Shown here in pieces: positions 1 to 15,000 of a stretch of DNA of 64,000 nt. Every line of letters begins with the position of its first letter. Position 1 is the stretch's first letter. The stretch is from Oikopleura dioica (taxonomy: Eukaryota > Animalia > Chordata), in contig OU015567.1 in NCBI GenBank assembly GCA_907165135.1, forward strand, positions 14,260,001 through 14,324,000. Reading direction: 5' to 3'. Below the pieces are notes generated by a model. The model was not told the DNA's origin. It made no database searches and saw nothing but the letters and a program-made list of their open reading frames with translations. A program made the translations under genes and the position numbers.

Positions 1-1300
1 TGTTGCCTTCCCCACCCAGGCCAACGTCAACCACTGCATTTGCCACTACGCTCCTCTCTCTTCCGTTCAGAAGGACGTCATCATGAAGGACGGCGATGTC
101 GTCAAGCTCGATCTTGGTGTCCACGTCGACGGATACATCGCTGTCGTCGCCCACACCGTTATCCTCGGTGACGCTAAGAAGGGACGAGCTGTTGATGCTC
201 TTCTTGCTGCCCACTACTGCGCTGAAGCCGCTCTCCGACTCGTTCGACCAGGCAAAGAAGTGAGTATTCAAATTTCGAAAGGAGCCTATTAACTTTTCTT
301 CAAGAACAACGAAGTCACCGATGTTGTCTCCAAAATCTCCGAATCATACAACTGCCGCGCCGTCGAAGGTATGCTCTCGTACCAGATGGAGAAGGACACC
401 ATCGACGGAAAGAAGACCATCATCCAGAACCCAACTGAGAAGCAGCGACTTGAACACGAAAAGGTAAGTCTTCAAAATTCCTTCCTCACAAAATACACAA
501 AAAATTTTGAAGCATCCACTCCGATTTCCAATTTTTAAAAGCTCATCAGAGGTAAACATGCGCGATTTTGTCGCATGTTTATGTTGCTCGCGTAAATGTC
601 AAAATCGATGTCGATAAGGTTCTGTTTCCTCCTATCTAAAAGTGAATTCTAGTGCGAGTTCGCCGTCAACGAAGTTTACGCTATCGATATGTTGATTTCC
701 ACTGGTGACGGTAAATCCCGTGATATGGATGTCCGAACTACTATCTACAAGCGAGAACCAGACCAGGTTTACCAGCTCAAAATGAAGGCTTCTCGAGGTG
801 AGTAAAGGCTCCAAAAGCCGAATTTATCATGTTCTTCAGCTATCTTCTCCGAGGTCGAAAAGAAGTTCGACGCTATGTGCTTTAACCTCCGAGCTCTCGA
901 CGACGAGAAGAAGGCCAAGATGGGCATCAACGAGTGCGTCAACCACGGTCTCATCACTCCCTTCCCCGTCCTCGTAAGTTCATTATTATCACACCACCAA
1001 CTCACAATCTCTCTTAGTTCGAGCAAGAAAAGGACGTCGTCACTCAATTCAAATTCACGACGCTTCTCATGCCCAACGGTCCATTGAAGATCACTGGCCT
1101 TCCCTTCGATCCTTCCCAGTACGAATCTGAGTTCAAGATCGAGTGCGAAGAAATCAAGGTAACAACTTTGCTTCCATAGAAGTTTCTAAATTTGCCTCCT
1201 TCAGACTCTCTTGGCATCGTCAGTGAGCCGAAAGAGCAACAAAAAGAAGAAGAAGAAGGCTGCCAAGAAAGCCGCTGCTGATGCTGGCGTCACTGCTTAG
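1..1300 (+). CDS. PA2G4: Proliferation-associated protein 2G4 (EBP1), 5'-truncated by the window edge; 6 visible exons (1-259, 305-463, 653-797, 840-973, 1018-1158, 1205-1300)
   Basis: Spliced translation gives [81 protein letters not shown] and a Lys-rich tail [14 protein letters not shown], matching EBP1. All introns are GT-AG; stop TAG at 1298-1300. Confidence 0.95.
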
Positions 1301-2055
1301 ATGATCTAGGCTAGAATGTAACCGTCCTCGACCTGAAATTATCACTCCTATCTCGACAATTCTGTTTGCTCTCTACTACCACCACGTGTACCAAATGTGT
1401 ACCGCTCTCCTAGCTCATCATTAGTCCATTTTCGAATTCTGAATTTGTTCAATCTCTCCCTCTCTCTTTTATCCATTCTTCCCCTCGACCAGCACGTCTA
1501 ATGAGCCTCGCAACAACTGAACGGCCCTGGAAAGAAGCATCGAGCGCCGGATTCTAGTGATTCTAGGTGCTCGCCGTGCGATCCAGTCGAGCCTTGGTCG
1601 AGTACTCAAATTGTCGGGCCGCAAACCTCATTACGCCCTCTCTCGTGCACCGCCGCTCAAATGCACCACAATTATCAAAGTAAAGAAATAAACTCAGTAA
1701 GGAGTGTGCGAGCGAGGTAGGGATGGGTTTTGCGTCGGCTAGCCGTGCTGGTGTTGACCATCTTGCTTGAGTCCGGCTTCTTGAGCTCCCTCGCCGGTAA
1801 GAACCGTCCGGGCAGTACCTTCGCGCGAATAAAAAAACCTGCTCGGGAGGTTAATCCGCAGAGGGATCTCAACAGTCTGAAACCGGACTCTTGCCCCTTT
1901 TCTTTTAATTATACTTATGGGTGCTCACTGTATTTGACCTGTCCGCTGTTCTGCTTGAGCTGAAGTCGGCTAATGCAAGTGACTAATAAATTAGGCTTAA
2001 TAATTATCGAACGTTGCATTATTTATAGAAAAAGAAGAAGGCTGTGAAAGATTTT

Positions 2056-3548
2056 TTACAGGCGGTCGCTTTTTTGACCGAGAAGAGGTTCTTTTTGAGA
2101 TGAGTCCTTTGAGTCGCTGCACCAAAAACCGGGCCCAGCAAGTCCCAGTAGAATCGGATTTATGGCTGTCCCAAAGGCGCAGAAATAATATCTCATGTCA
2201 GCAAAGATTCTTAAGAAGCTGCCGAGTATACCGCGGCCCTGGTCAGTTCCAAACTCGCGTATTAGCTAATTCACTCATAAATAAGAAATCAAGGAAGAGT
2301 TCACTTTGTACCTCGTAGCAGTAGTGCGGTATCCAGCATAAAATGAAGCCGACGTAGATGGCAATGACTAGCGCATTCATGCGTCGCTCGTCTCTGGCCT
2401 TGAGCCGGCCAGCTGGCCCGTGATATTTGTACTGTGCACTTTTCAGTGCAATCACAACTGCTCCAAGAGCGGTGAAAATAACTGGCATTAGGAAGAAAAA
2501 GGTCATCATCCACAGTAATCTACTGCTTTTGTACAGGGCAGTGAATTTGTAGAGCCACGGCAAGGAGGTGCTCAGCTCTGGGTTCGCGAAAAGTTTGTCC
2601 GCACATCGAATCGAGGGTACTTTTGAGTCTTGCTTTTTCAGGGCTTGCATATTATTTCTAGCGAGTTACTTATTTTGTAAGTAAACGCCGTTCATTTCTA
2701 TTAAAAATAAGATCAATTAAGCGTTAATTTGCGCACCCCTAACAGAAGTATATCAGGCGTCGCCAGTAGAATGGAGGAGAGCCAAATGACCAGCAGCCTT
2801 CCAATAACATGACTGGGGACCGACGAATAGGGTTTATTAATTCTTGAGGCCGAGTTGAACCGTTCAATGCCAAGAGCGTAGAAGGACAGCACCACTACCG
2901 AAACCGTGAGCGTCTTAATAATCAATTTATTGCATCTGTCCGCTGCATAATTAATTTCCAATAAAACAAGTCCAATCATCATGATTTTGAGAACGATGAT
3001 GATTATTATGATCGTCATTTTTTAACCTTTATTTGATCAGAATCAGCGTTGGATTCAACCTCTCCTCGTTGAATTTAATTTTAAATGAGCTGGATGGCTT
3101 TAAATTTTAAATAGTTAGACTTACCTCAACTGGAGCTACGTAATCACACGGGGAAAAAGGAAGTTCCACATCTGCTTTTGGAAAAACAACTGTGAACATC
3201 TTCCAGTTTCGTAACGTTGGCACACATAGCAAATATATTAGATGCGCACATGCTACATTTCCCAACAGGTGTTTTGTAAGAGTCTTAATTGTTTTATCAA
3301 GGGGGATTCAATTTGATTCTCCTTCAAACCTTTTTTGAGCCAACTAAGCTCCAAATAATCACATAAAGGTTGCCAATAATTCCGACCAGCTCGATAATTG
3401 AATAAACCACGAGGATAAGCTTCTCTGTCTGTAAATCTTTGGTCATTAGATTTGAATCCAAGCTCTGGCTCAAATCCCCGGATGCTTCTGTAATCTCTCT
3501 CTGTACGAGCAGCGGGGTGCTACTGCTTCTATCTGTAACGGTGCTCAT
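2056..3548 (-). CDS. Class A (rhodopsin-like) GPCR, probably a peptide receptor; 4-5 exons
   Basis: Minus-strand exons give TM1 (VYSIIELVGIIGNLYVI), TM2 (LLGNVACAHLIYLLCVP), TM3 ending ALGIERF (DRY-equivalent), TM4 (IWLSSILLATP), TM5, TM6 (GFILCWIPHY) and TM7 (FGTAINPILL). Stop at 2056-2058; the ATG at 3548 (MSTVTDR) is inferred. Confidence 0.8.
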
Positions 3549-4784
3549 CGACAAAAAAATTATCCGGCCCGAGCGGGGTCGATCGATCGGTGCTCGCGCT
3601 TTTGGCAAAAAATATGTCCGACAGTTCTTCCAGGCGCACTACGTTCTACGCCTCCGCGAGCGCTGAACTCCCCTGGGCACCAGCCCCGGAGCAAAATTAT
3701 TTCCTCCGAACGAGACGTACCATATGATCACTAGGCTTAGCATACAAGTATGTCTAATCGAACAATATTGACAAAAATGCCCAACGCCGCCTTTTAACAA
3801 GAATGGCTTTTAATTATCCAAAAATGAGCTGATAAAAGGTGAATCCAGAAATAATTAAGGCTCTCTCATCAATAATCTACTCAACATTAGATTAAAAACC
3901 GCGAACTTAGAAATTACTTTCCGTTTCTTTTTTTTTCTTTAAATTTAGAATTTTGCTATCCTGAAATCAAATTTTAAAACCTATCTTTTACAAATAAAAT
4001 TTTTGAATTAAAAAATGCTGAGGTTGTTGGTCGTTTATTAGAACTTTGGTACTGAGGATGTATTTTTGCGAACGGAATCAAAATCAAAACACCCGTTCTA
4101 AGTTCAATATTTACGAAGAGCTCACGAGCTTCTTTCTTTTTTATGTTCACGTAAATGGAACTTTGCGATTTATTTGAACAAGCATCGCTTGAAGACATTC
4201 TGAACGGGTCCAAAAACTGCTCAACGAAACAAGTTAATAATACCATCAGATTCAAAGTTACCACGTTTTTCTAGATTCGTAAATCTTTATCGTTTTCGTA
4301 AAGTGCCAACAGAGATTTTCTTCAGTTAGCTTCATCAACTTACCTGGTTTTCATTTACCAAATTCAATTGTAAGTCATTTCTTTTTTACGATTTTGTAAT
4401 TCTGAAACTTTTTTGTTGTTTTTGAATTCTTGAGTCTGAAATTGGTAGCTTTGTTCTTGTGGCAATAAGCCAAAAATTCTTGAAACAAAGCGCGTTGAGT
4501 TTGAGCTGTAGAAATCTATAAAACTTTCGGAGTCGTAAAGCATCATTTTTTGGGCAAGGAATCAGTCAGCTTTTTCATCGTTTTTATTCCAACCCAGGTT
4601 ATTTTTGGCTGTAATTTTAATTGCAGGTGAATGCACCAAAGAACGCTGAGATAATTGAGTTGTCAGCCTTTTGTTTTTAACCGGAGGCGAAGTCGGAATT
4701 TCGCCGAAACGCCGTCTGAACGTGAAGAAATTTTGAAGACAAAAGAGTTTTTTCAGATAAAATAAAAGTAATCGCCGGGCCAGG

Positions 4785-7932
<3,148 letters not shown>

Positions 7933-9031
7933 AACTCAAAACCCTAAAAAATCAGTCTGCAAAACCGTCTTCTGCAATTCAAAAATTCCTGTTCTGTCTT
8001 CCACCTTCTGTGGCCTTATTATTCTAGCTTCGGAATCAAACAAAAAATAGAAAACAACTGACCAATTCATAAAGATTCCTGGCTTATCACGTGTATTCGT
8101 AATAATTTTATTTTTCATTTTTAAATGGTTTCAATAAAACATCTTTCATCCAGTTGCCTATTTATTTTTAAATAATATACCGATCGATGGTAAACTTCTG
8201 GTCCAAAATGAGCCTTAGATACTATGGACCAATAACAGTTATCCGTCAGAGACCTTATTTCTGATCTCCTCGGTATACCTGAATTTTTGAGGCTGAAAGC
8301 GATGTTGTTATAATAATTATTTAATAAATAATTGATTAATATGGTGCAATATATTTTTAACAGCTTTACTAACTTACCTATTTTCGAGCTGATAACCTGA
8401 TAATGCAATTTTACCTTCATTATTAACAAAAAATTACCTACGTGCAATCCTTATATTTAACAGTTAACTATTTATTTATCTGTAAATATTTATATTTCAA
8501 ACTTACTTGCTCCGCTCCTTTTCAAGATCAACTTACCCTTTCTTCTTTCTGCTATCTTTTTTGTTCTATCGAAGTTAGAATAGCTGACTAATGCATGTTA
8601 TGTAACCCTACTGTAGCGTGTTTATCTTCCCTCCCAAAATATCTCTGTCAAACTATATTTTACCTAAACAGTTATTTTCCCGAATGGAGGTAGAGAAATA
8701 TAGATTTTCACTTTCAATGACCGAAAGTTTGGATGAGCGGCCTCAGATGAGTTAAATTGTTGCGTTCAGAGAGCACTAGAATCATCCTATGATGCTAGGA
8801 TGAACTTGGACTGTTTCAGTTTGAATCTTTTCCAGTTGAAAAAGTTCGTCGAAAGTAAACATCAGAAAAAGGTACGCAAAGAATCACTAGAACAGGTCAC
8901 ATGTTGAATTGCAAATCTTAAAAATACCCACCGCTCAACTGAACTTGCGTCCGGGATCTCTCTAGAAGACCCCCGCGGCCGGCTCTTTTCGAGAGTTGTT
9001 GGTTTCACTCTTTTTGGGTGACAGAGAAAAA

Positions 9032-12000
9032 ATGCCCACCGAGACCAAAAAGAGCAATCAGCGGCAGCGATTTCCCCGTCGCCGCCAACTTACGAGGAAA
9101 AATTTTGAAAAATTGAAAAAAAAGACAAACAGGCCTCAGAGAAAGCAGCTTTTGACAAAGATGTTCAGAGTCCACAAAGACTAGAAGAAGAGATACGCTC
9201 ACTCTGTAGATCGTTAGGGCAGGAGGCGACCGTTCATTTGCTCAAAGTTCTTCTCCAGTTCCAGGAGAAGTCTGCTCACCCGGTAAGATAGCAGCCACCG
9301 GTCGGCTCAAAGTCTATTTGTTTTTAGGTCGAGCCAGCAGTCCTCTCTGAACTTGCATCGCTATTAAGCTCAGAGTCCGGCCGCGCTGCTTTCGTCACCG
9401 CAGGTACTTCCCCACCTAGAGAACCTCTTATCCACACTCATCCCTTTTTCAGCGGACCAAACTGCTGCGAAAGACCTACTCCCGCTCATCACCGACGGTC
9501 TAGGCCTATCATCCGCTCAGGTGCGTGTCTCTCAGACAACGAAAATCTAGCTATTGATTCTAGAGTCTTGCCCTTGCGCTAAGCCTCACGAAAGCGAAAT
9601 CGCCCGAAGTACGAGCCGCTGGAATAGAGTTCATTCAAAAAACTCTCCCGCAAGTCTTGGAAGACGTTTGTGCCACAGACAACCTCCAAGTAATATTCGT
9701 ACAGTTGATAAAGCCCCTAAAATCGTTTATCCTAGGGCCTAGATCTCATCGTACACGGATTACTGCTATATCTTTGGAATAATCCATCAGTAGTCGACGA
9801 AGAAACAAAGGTGAGAAAAAATTGCTTCTTCTCACGTGTGCAACTGCTCTTTAGGACAAGTTCTACCAGCACCTGGTGAATCAATTCACCTTTGTTCCGA
9901 CTATCTATCGACCTCTCATTCCCAACTTGTAAGTCGCCCACTTAAAAAACCGATGTTAGTTAAATCTTTTCAAGCGAACAATACAAAACCGAACAAGACG
10001 AAACCGACGATCTCCTGAAGCTCATCCAGCCAATGGACGCAAATCAACTTCCTGATCTGTTCCGTGAAGTCGGTTATGGCTCCACATCGACAGTCGCCGA
10101 TTGCAAGAAGGTTCTCTCCAAAGTATGGACGAAGGAAGGCGACAAGATCTCGCCCTCGGCAATCGCAAAGACCCTTTTTGTGATGGGAAAGACTGTTGTT
10201 GGACTAACTTCTGAGCCTGCAATTACCTCCAGTTTCTTGGAAAGGGACTTTTCTGCCAATGACATCCCAAAGGTAAATAACCATAAGATTTTTACGGCCT
10301 TTACCGTCCGGTATTAATTCTAACCCTTCCTTGACCACGGAAGGAGGACTTTAATTACCGTGTGAAGCAGCAGGCTACTTACCGGTTGCGCACAATGAAC
10401 GTACCAATGGCTGTTTATTCCTGACCGTAAAATCTCTCAACTTTTTAACTCAATTTCTCAAATCTAGGGCTGGAATCCCGAAGTTCTCGCGGAGGCCGTC
10501 TACCAAAGCGATCCCCACTTCAACTGGCACGATGTCGTCCAGTCCTTCGACTTCCCTGGTTTCAAAGTTGACAACGAACCCGCGCTCAATCTACTGGTGA
10601 GCTGTATCAAGTACGGGCTGCACTTACGGGACAAAAGTGTGCCTTATGACAAGATACCCTTTCCAGTAGATCGCATTCTTCAGCGATGGAACAACCGCGA
10701 AGGCCAGTTCTCCTTCCTCAAGCAAGCTCTCTTATCACCAGATATTATCCCCTTCGGAATCTACGAATGCAACAAGGCGCAGCTATCTGCGCTGAAGACC
10801 CTTCCAGACGCCAATGATCCAAAAGTCAAGTGCTGGCAGAGCATTGATCTGATGCAGGCACTGCTCAACCTTGGCGACGACGCGAGTGTACGAGAACGCG
10901 TCAAGGAACTGATCCACGACGGAATCAACTACTGCCCAGATGTGATCGTCCTCGCTCTTGCGCAAGCCCAGGTGCATTGGTCTGCGCTGCGGCGGGATTT
11001 GCTCGAGCTCTTGCTGGATAAATACGTCGTTAATCAACACCCGAATTCTCTCTCCATTATCACTTTCATCTGGACCAACTGCGAGCAGGTTCCTCAGATT
11101 AGAGACCTTCTCGTGCACTCGCTCAAGAAGTACTACCGGGAGAACCAAAGTGATGCGGCACTAATACGCGTCTGCGACATTGCCAAGGAGATCAAAGCGC
11201 TCCAGGTTCTGCTCAAAGTCCAGTCCGAAGCCGATTTCGCCTTTGCCATTAAACTCGCCATTCAAGCATCGCGGCATAATTACCTGAACTTCAAAAAGTG
11301 GCTCGAGGACTACTCCTCAAACGTAACCTTCCTGCGCGAGCTCAATCAATACCGACTCATGGTCAGCGCGCATACGATGTCGCCAATGGAGCAGCCGAAA
11401 GAAATCGAAATCATTCGCGAATTTCTTTCGCAACTGAGCTCAATGAGCAGCAAGCCACCCGGCGTCTCGCAGGGCATGGAGCCGAGAATGATTTCGCCAA
11501 GTGTGCCCTTCTCTGAAGCCAATCTTCGCGTAATGGGTCAGACCTCGCCTCCCAACATCGGCGGCTACAACCCAGCTGAAATGAACATCGGACTGCCTCA
11601 TCTCAATCGACCCAATGTTTCTGGAGTGCCACCCTCGTCAGTTCCCGGTTTGAGCTTCATTCAAGGATTACCACAAGATCCAACGGGCTTGATGACACCA
11701 GCAAGTTTTGGCGCTCTTCCTGGAATGCCAAAGCCGCCAGTTAGCAACGCAGGATTCAACTTTCAACCAGCTCCGAATCTCGGCCAGCCTCTTGCGAACC
11801 CGATGCAGCGACCAATGCAAATGCCTGAAGAAGAAGCAGAAGTCATGGATCCTTTGATGAGATCTGTGGACAACCTCTATCGCGAATTATTCAGCGGAAA
11901 GATCACCGAAGAGTACCTCGTTGGACAGATCCAACAAATGAAGACGAACCCGAATCAGCAAAAAGAATTCAAAATGATCCTCAGCCAGCTGATCAAAGAA

Positions 12001-15000
12001 TTTCGACACTACTCGCAGTTCCCGACGGATAAAGTCGAATGCATCGCGAAAGTTTGGGGAAAGATTCTCTCCGACGAGATCTTGGACGATGCGCGAGACC
12101 TCAAGCAATTCTTGGATCATGTTTATCACGCGCTAAAAGAAGGCCTCAAAGGAAATGACAAGATGCTGCTCTTTGGTGAAACTGCACTTCAGATTTTCAT
12201 CCTCAAATCGAGCAATGCACAGGAGATGCTTGCCAAGAAAGCGATTTATCAGCAGTTCTGTGCCCGCGTCGTCCGTGAAATATTTGCTAATGGCGGGGAA
12301 AACGCATCACGCCGCCGTCTATGATCGCAAGAATCAAGGTCAGTAATCCATTATGAAACAATTGTTACGCTATCCTTAAGTTTTAACCGACCGGTTCGTA
12401 AGTTAGTTTTCGCGCACCTTCTATTTTGAGTCCGTAATTGGCCGCGCCCGCCCACGCCGTCGGTCCTCCGAGTCGAGTCGATGATCGAAATCGTATCCCC
12501 TTTAGCCCAGCCCCCGCTGAACACTCCCAGATTTACAGTCAAAAAATAGAACGCGCGCAACAGTTTTTTTAAATCACGGAAAATTTAATATTTTATGAAG
12601 GAATGCGCTGCCTTGGCAGATGTGCGCCATCCACCCAACGATGTGTCCGACAAGATCAAGTTTATCATCAACAACATGAGCCCAAACAATGTCAAAGAAA
12701 AGGCGAATGAGGTGCGTCGTCTGCTCGACGATAATCCAGGCTTCTACAGATGGTTTGGAACTTATATGATCAAGGAGCGAATCCTCAAGGAGGAGAATTT
12801 CCTTGGACTCTATGCCGAGCTCACCGAAGCGCTTTCGGAAAAGACTGCTATCGATCCTCCGTTCACGCAGACTGTTCGAACTGATTTAGTTGCCGGAATC
12901 AAGGCTTTGCTTCAACAGGAGAAGCAATCCGGAGACATGGACTCAAGAAAACGACTGAAATACATGGGTCGCTTCTTAGGCCTAATAACCATCGAAAGAA
13001 ACCGTCCCATTATTGCCGATGAGATCGACTTCAAGCTACTTCTGCTCGAAGCTCACCTTCGAAAACGTCGAGGAAGTCCAAACTCAAATGTCGAGCTCAA
13101 GTTTGTCGTCCCTTTCGTCGCCAAAGTGATTGAATCGACGAAAAAGTCGGAAGTCTTCGCCCTTCGCGTCGAAACCGTCCAAGAGCATCGTCAAGAGCCG
13201 AAACTCATCGCCACCGGTAACGCTTGGACCCGAGGTGTCATGTGCACCCTTATCGAGCTCTGCAAGGACCCTGATGCCATGGAAATGGTCAAATTCGAGG
13301 TCGAGCTGTTGTTGAAAGAGCAGAAATTGTCGATGGAGCACTTTGAAATACTAGCGCACGAAAGCGTCCTCCAGAGCAAAGAAATGATGGAGACAATCAT
13401 GTCTCCTCGTTACAAGTCTCAGTTGAGCGTGAACAAAGACGCTGGTCTCCAGGTTCCGATTGCTACGACCCCTGTCGATCCACGCAGTATCCCTAGCAGC
13501 ATGGGTAACATCCATCCTCCCCAGCCGCAGCGAATGCCCTCGCAAACATCAATGGAGCAGCCTCCTTTGCCATCTTACACGCCACAGTTCTATTACGACA
13601 AGATTGACGTGTCGACAGACGATATGAACACTCTTCTTCCTTACCTCAAGGTCAGAGAAAACTTGCCAATCGTCCAGGCTCTCGGCGGCTCTCAACAAGT
13701 CAAGCTCTTCCTTCTCGCCAAAGCGTTCTCGCAGTGTTTCCTCGAGCAACAGCCCTTGTGTGATCTTATCGAACGTCAAATCGACAGGAATTCGCAAATC
13801 GCTGCCATTGCTACTGAGGCTCTTATCAAGAAGGACTTTGCTCTTGAAATCGATGATCACTTGATGTCCTCGTGCGCGAATTACTTGAGCAGATACCTGG
13901 CTGCTGGTATGTCTATGAACTCGCTTGCGAATAAAGAAATCGGCTTCGCCCGTAACATCCAAGACAGACTACAGGAGCTGATCAAGCAGAAGCTTGTCTC
14001 GACGCCAGATGAAATCATCAATGAAAACGCAAAGATCCTCGTTGAGGACAACATCGAGCTGTTTATCTGTTTCATTCAAAAACGCACCTCGCACCAAGCT
14101 ATAAGAAAAGTAGAACAACGACTTTTGCCTGAAATCCGAACGCGTCAACGATGTCGTACTGATCCAGGCCTAGAGCGGCAATTTGTCCAGAGTTTGTCGA
14201 ACATTCGACAGTATCACCTCGCCGTTATGCCCGAGCAGATCCGTCTCACTCCTCAAGGCGTTAAGCAAGAGCAACTTCGTGTGTATGAAGAATTCGCCGT
14301 CAACGTTCCAGGCTTTATCCCCAGCCCGCCGATGTCGATCAACCAGCGACAGCCAGCTCAACCGCAGCTGAATCCTTCAGGACCAACGAGTCAAGCCTGG
14401 CTCAGCAGCAATCTTGTGCCTTTATACAAGAAGCATTTTGAAACTTTCAAAAGCAAAATGGCCGAAATCCCGCGTCAGGACGTTGCGATCCCGGCTGCCG
14501 ACATTCGCGGAATGATGCAAGTGCTCCAAACCCTCACCGATGGTCTTCAAACTGCCGCTACCACGAGAGACTTAGAGTCGACTACGAAATTCATCAAAAA
14601 TCTTCATTATTGTTTCATCGTTGCGTTCCGAAAGTCACATGATCCCCATGCGGGCAGTGACGAGGATAGATACTGGAAGAGTTTTGCTTCGCTATTTGCG
14701 CTCTGTCTTAGGGAAATGCAATCAAGCTTCGACCAAGAAGTCTCTCCCAACTGGTTCGCTAACAGAGTTCTTTACTCCATGGATATTCAGGCTTCTTCTT
14801 CCCAAACGACTGGAATTATCGGTAAAAGGAGTACACGAGTTCTGTTTATTCAACACTTTTTAGATCCATTTTACCTTGACCCTCGATACACCGAAGAAAT
14901 GAAGCTTCTTTTATTAAACAAAATCGTCCTACCTGACCAATACGACAAGTTTCTTCAACACTCTATTATTCAAGTCGCCAAATGTACCCTTGATCAGCAC

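Noticed and set aside
12424-12434. TTTTGAGTCCG, and TGTCTAACAG near 47981, resembling parts of the larvacean spliced leader as I recall it
   Set aside because: 10-11 nt matches are expected by chance in 64 kb; there is no full leader, donor or Sm site.
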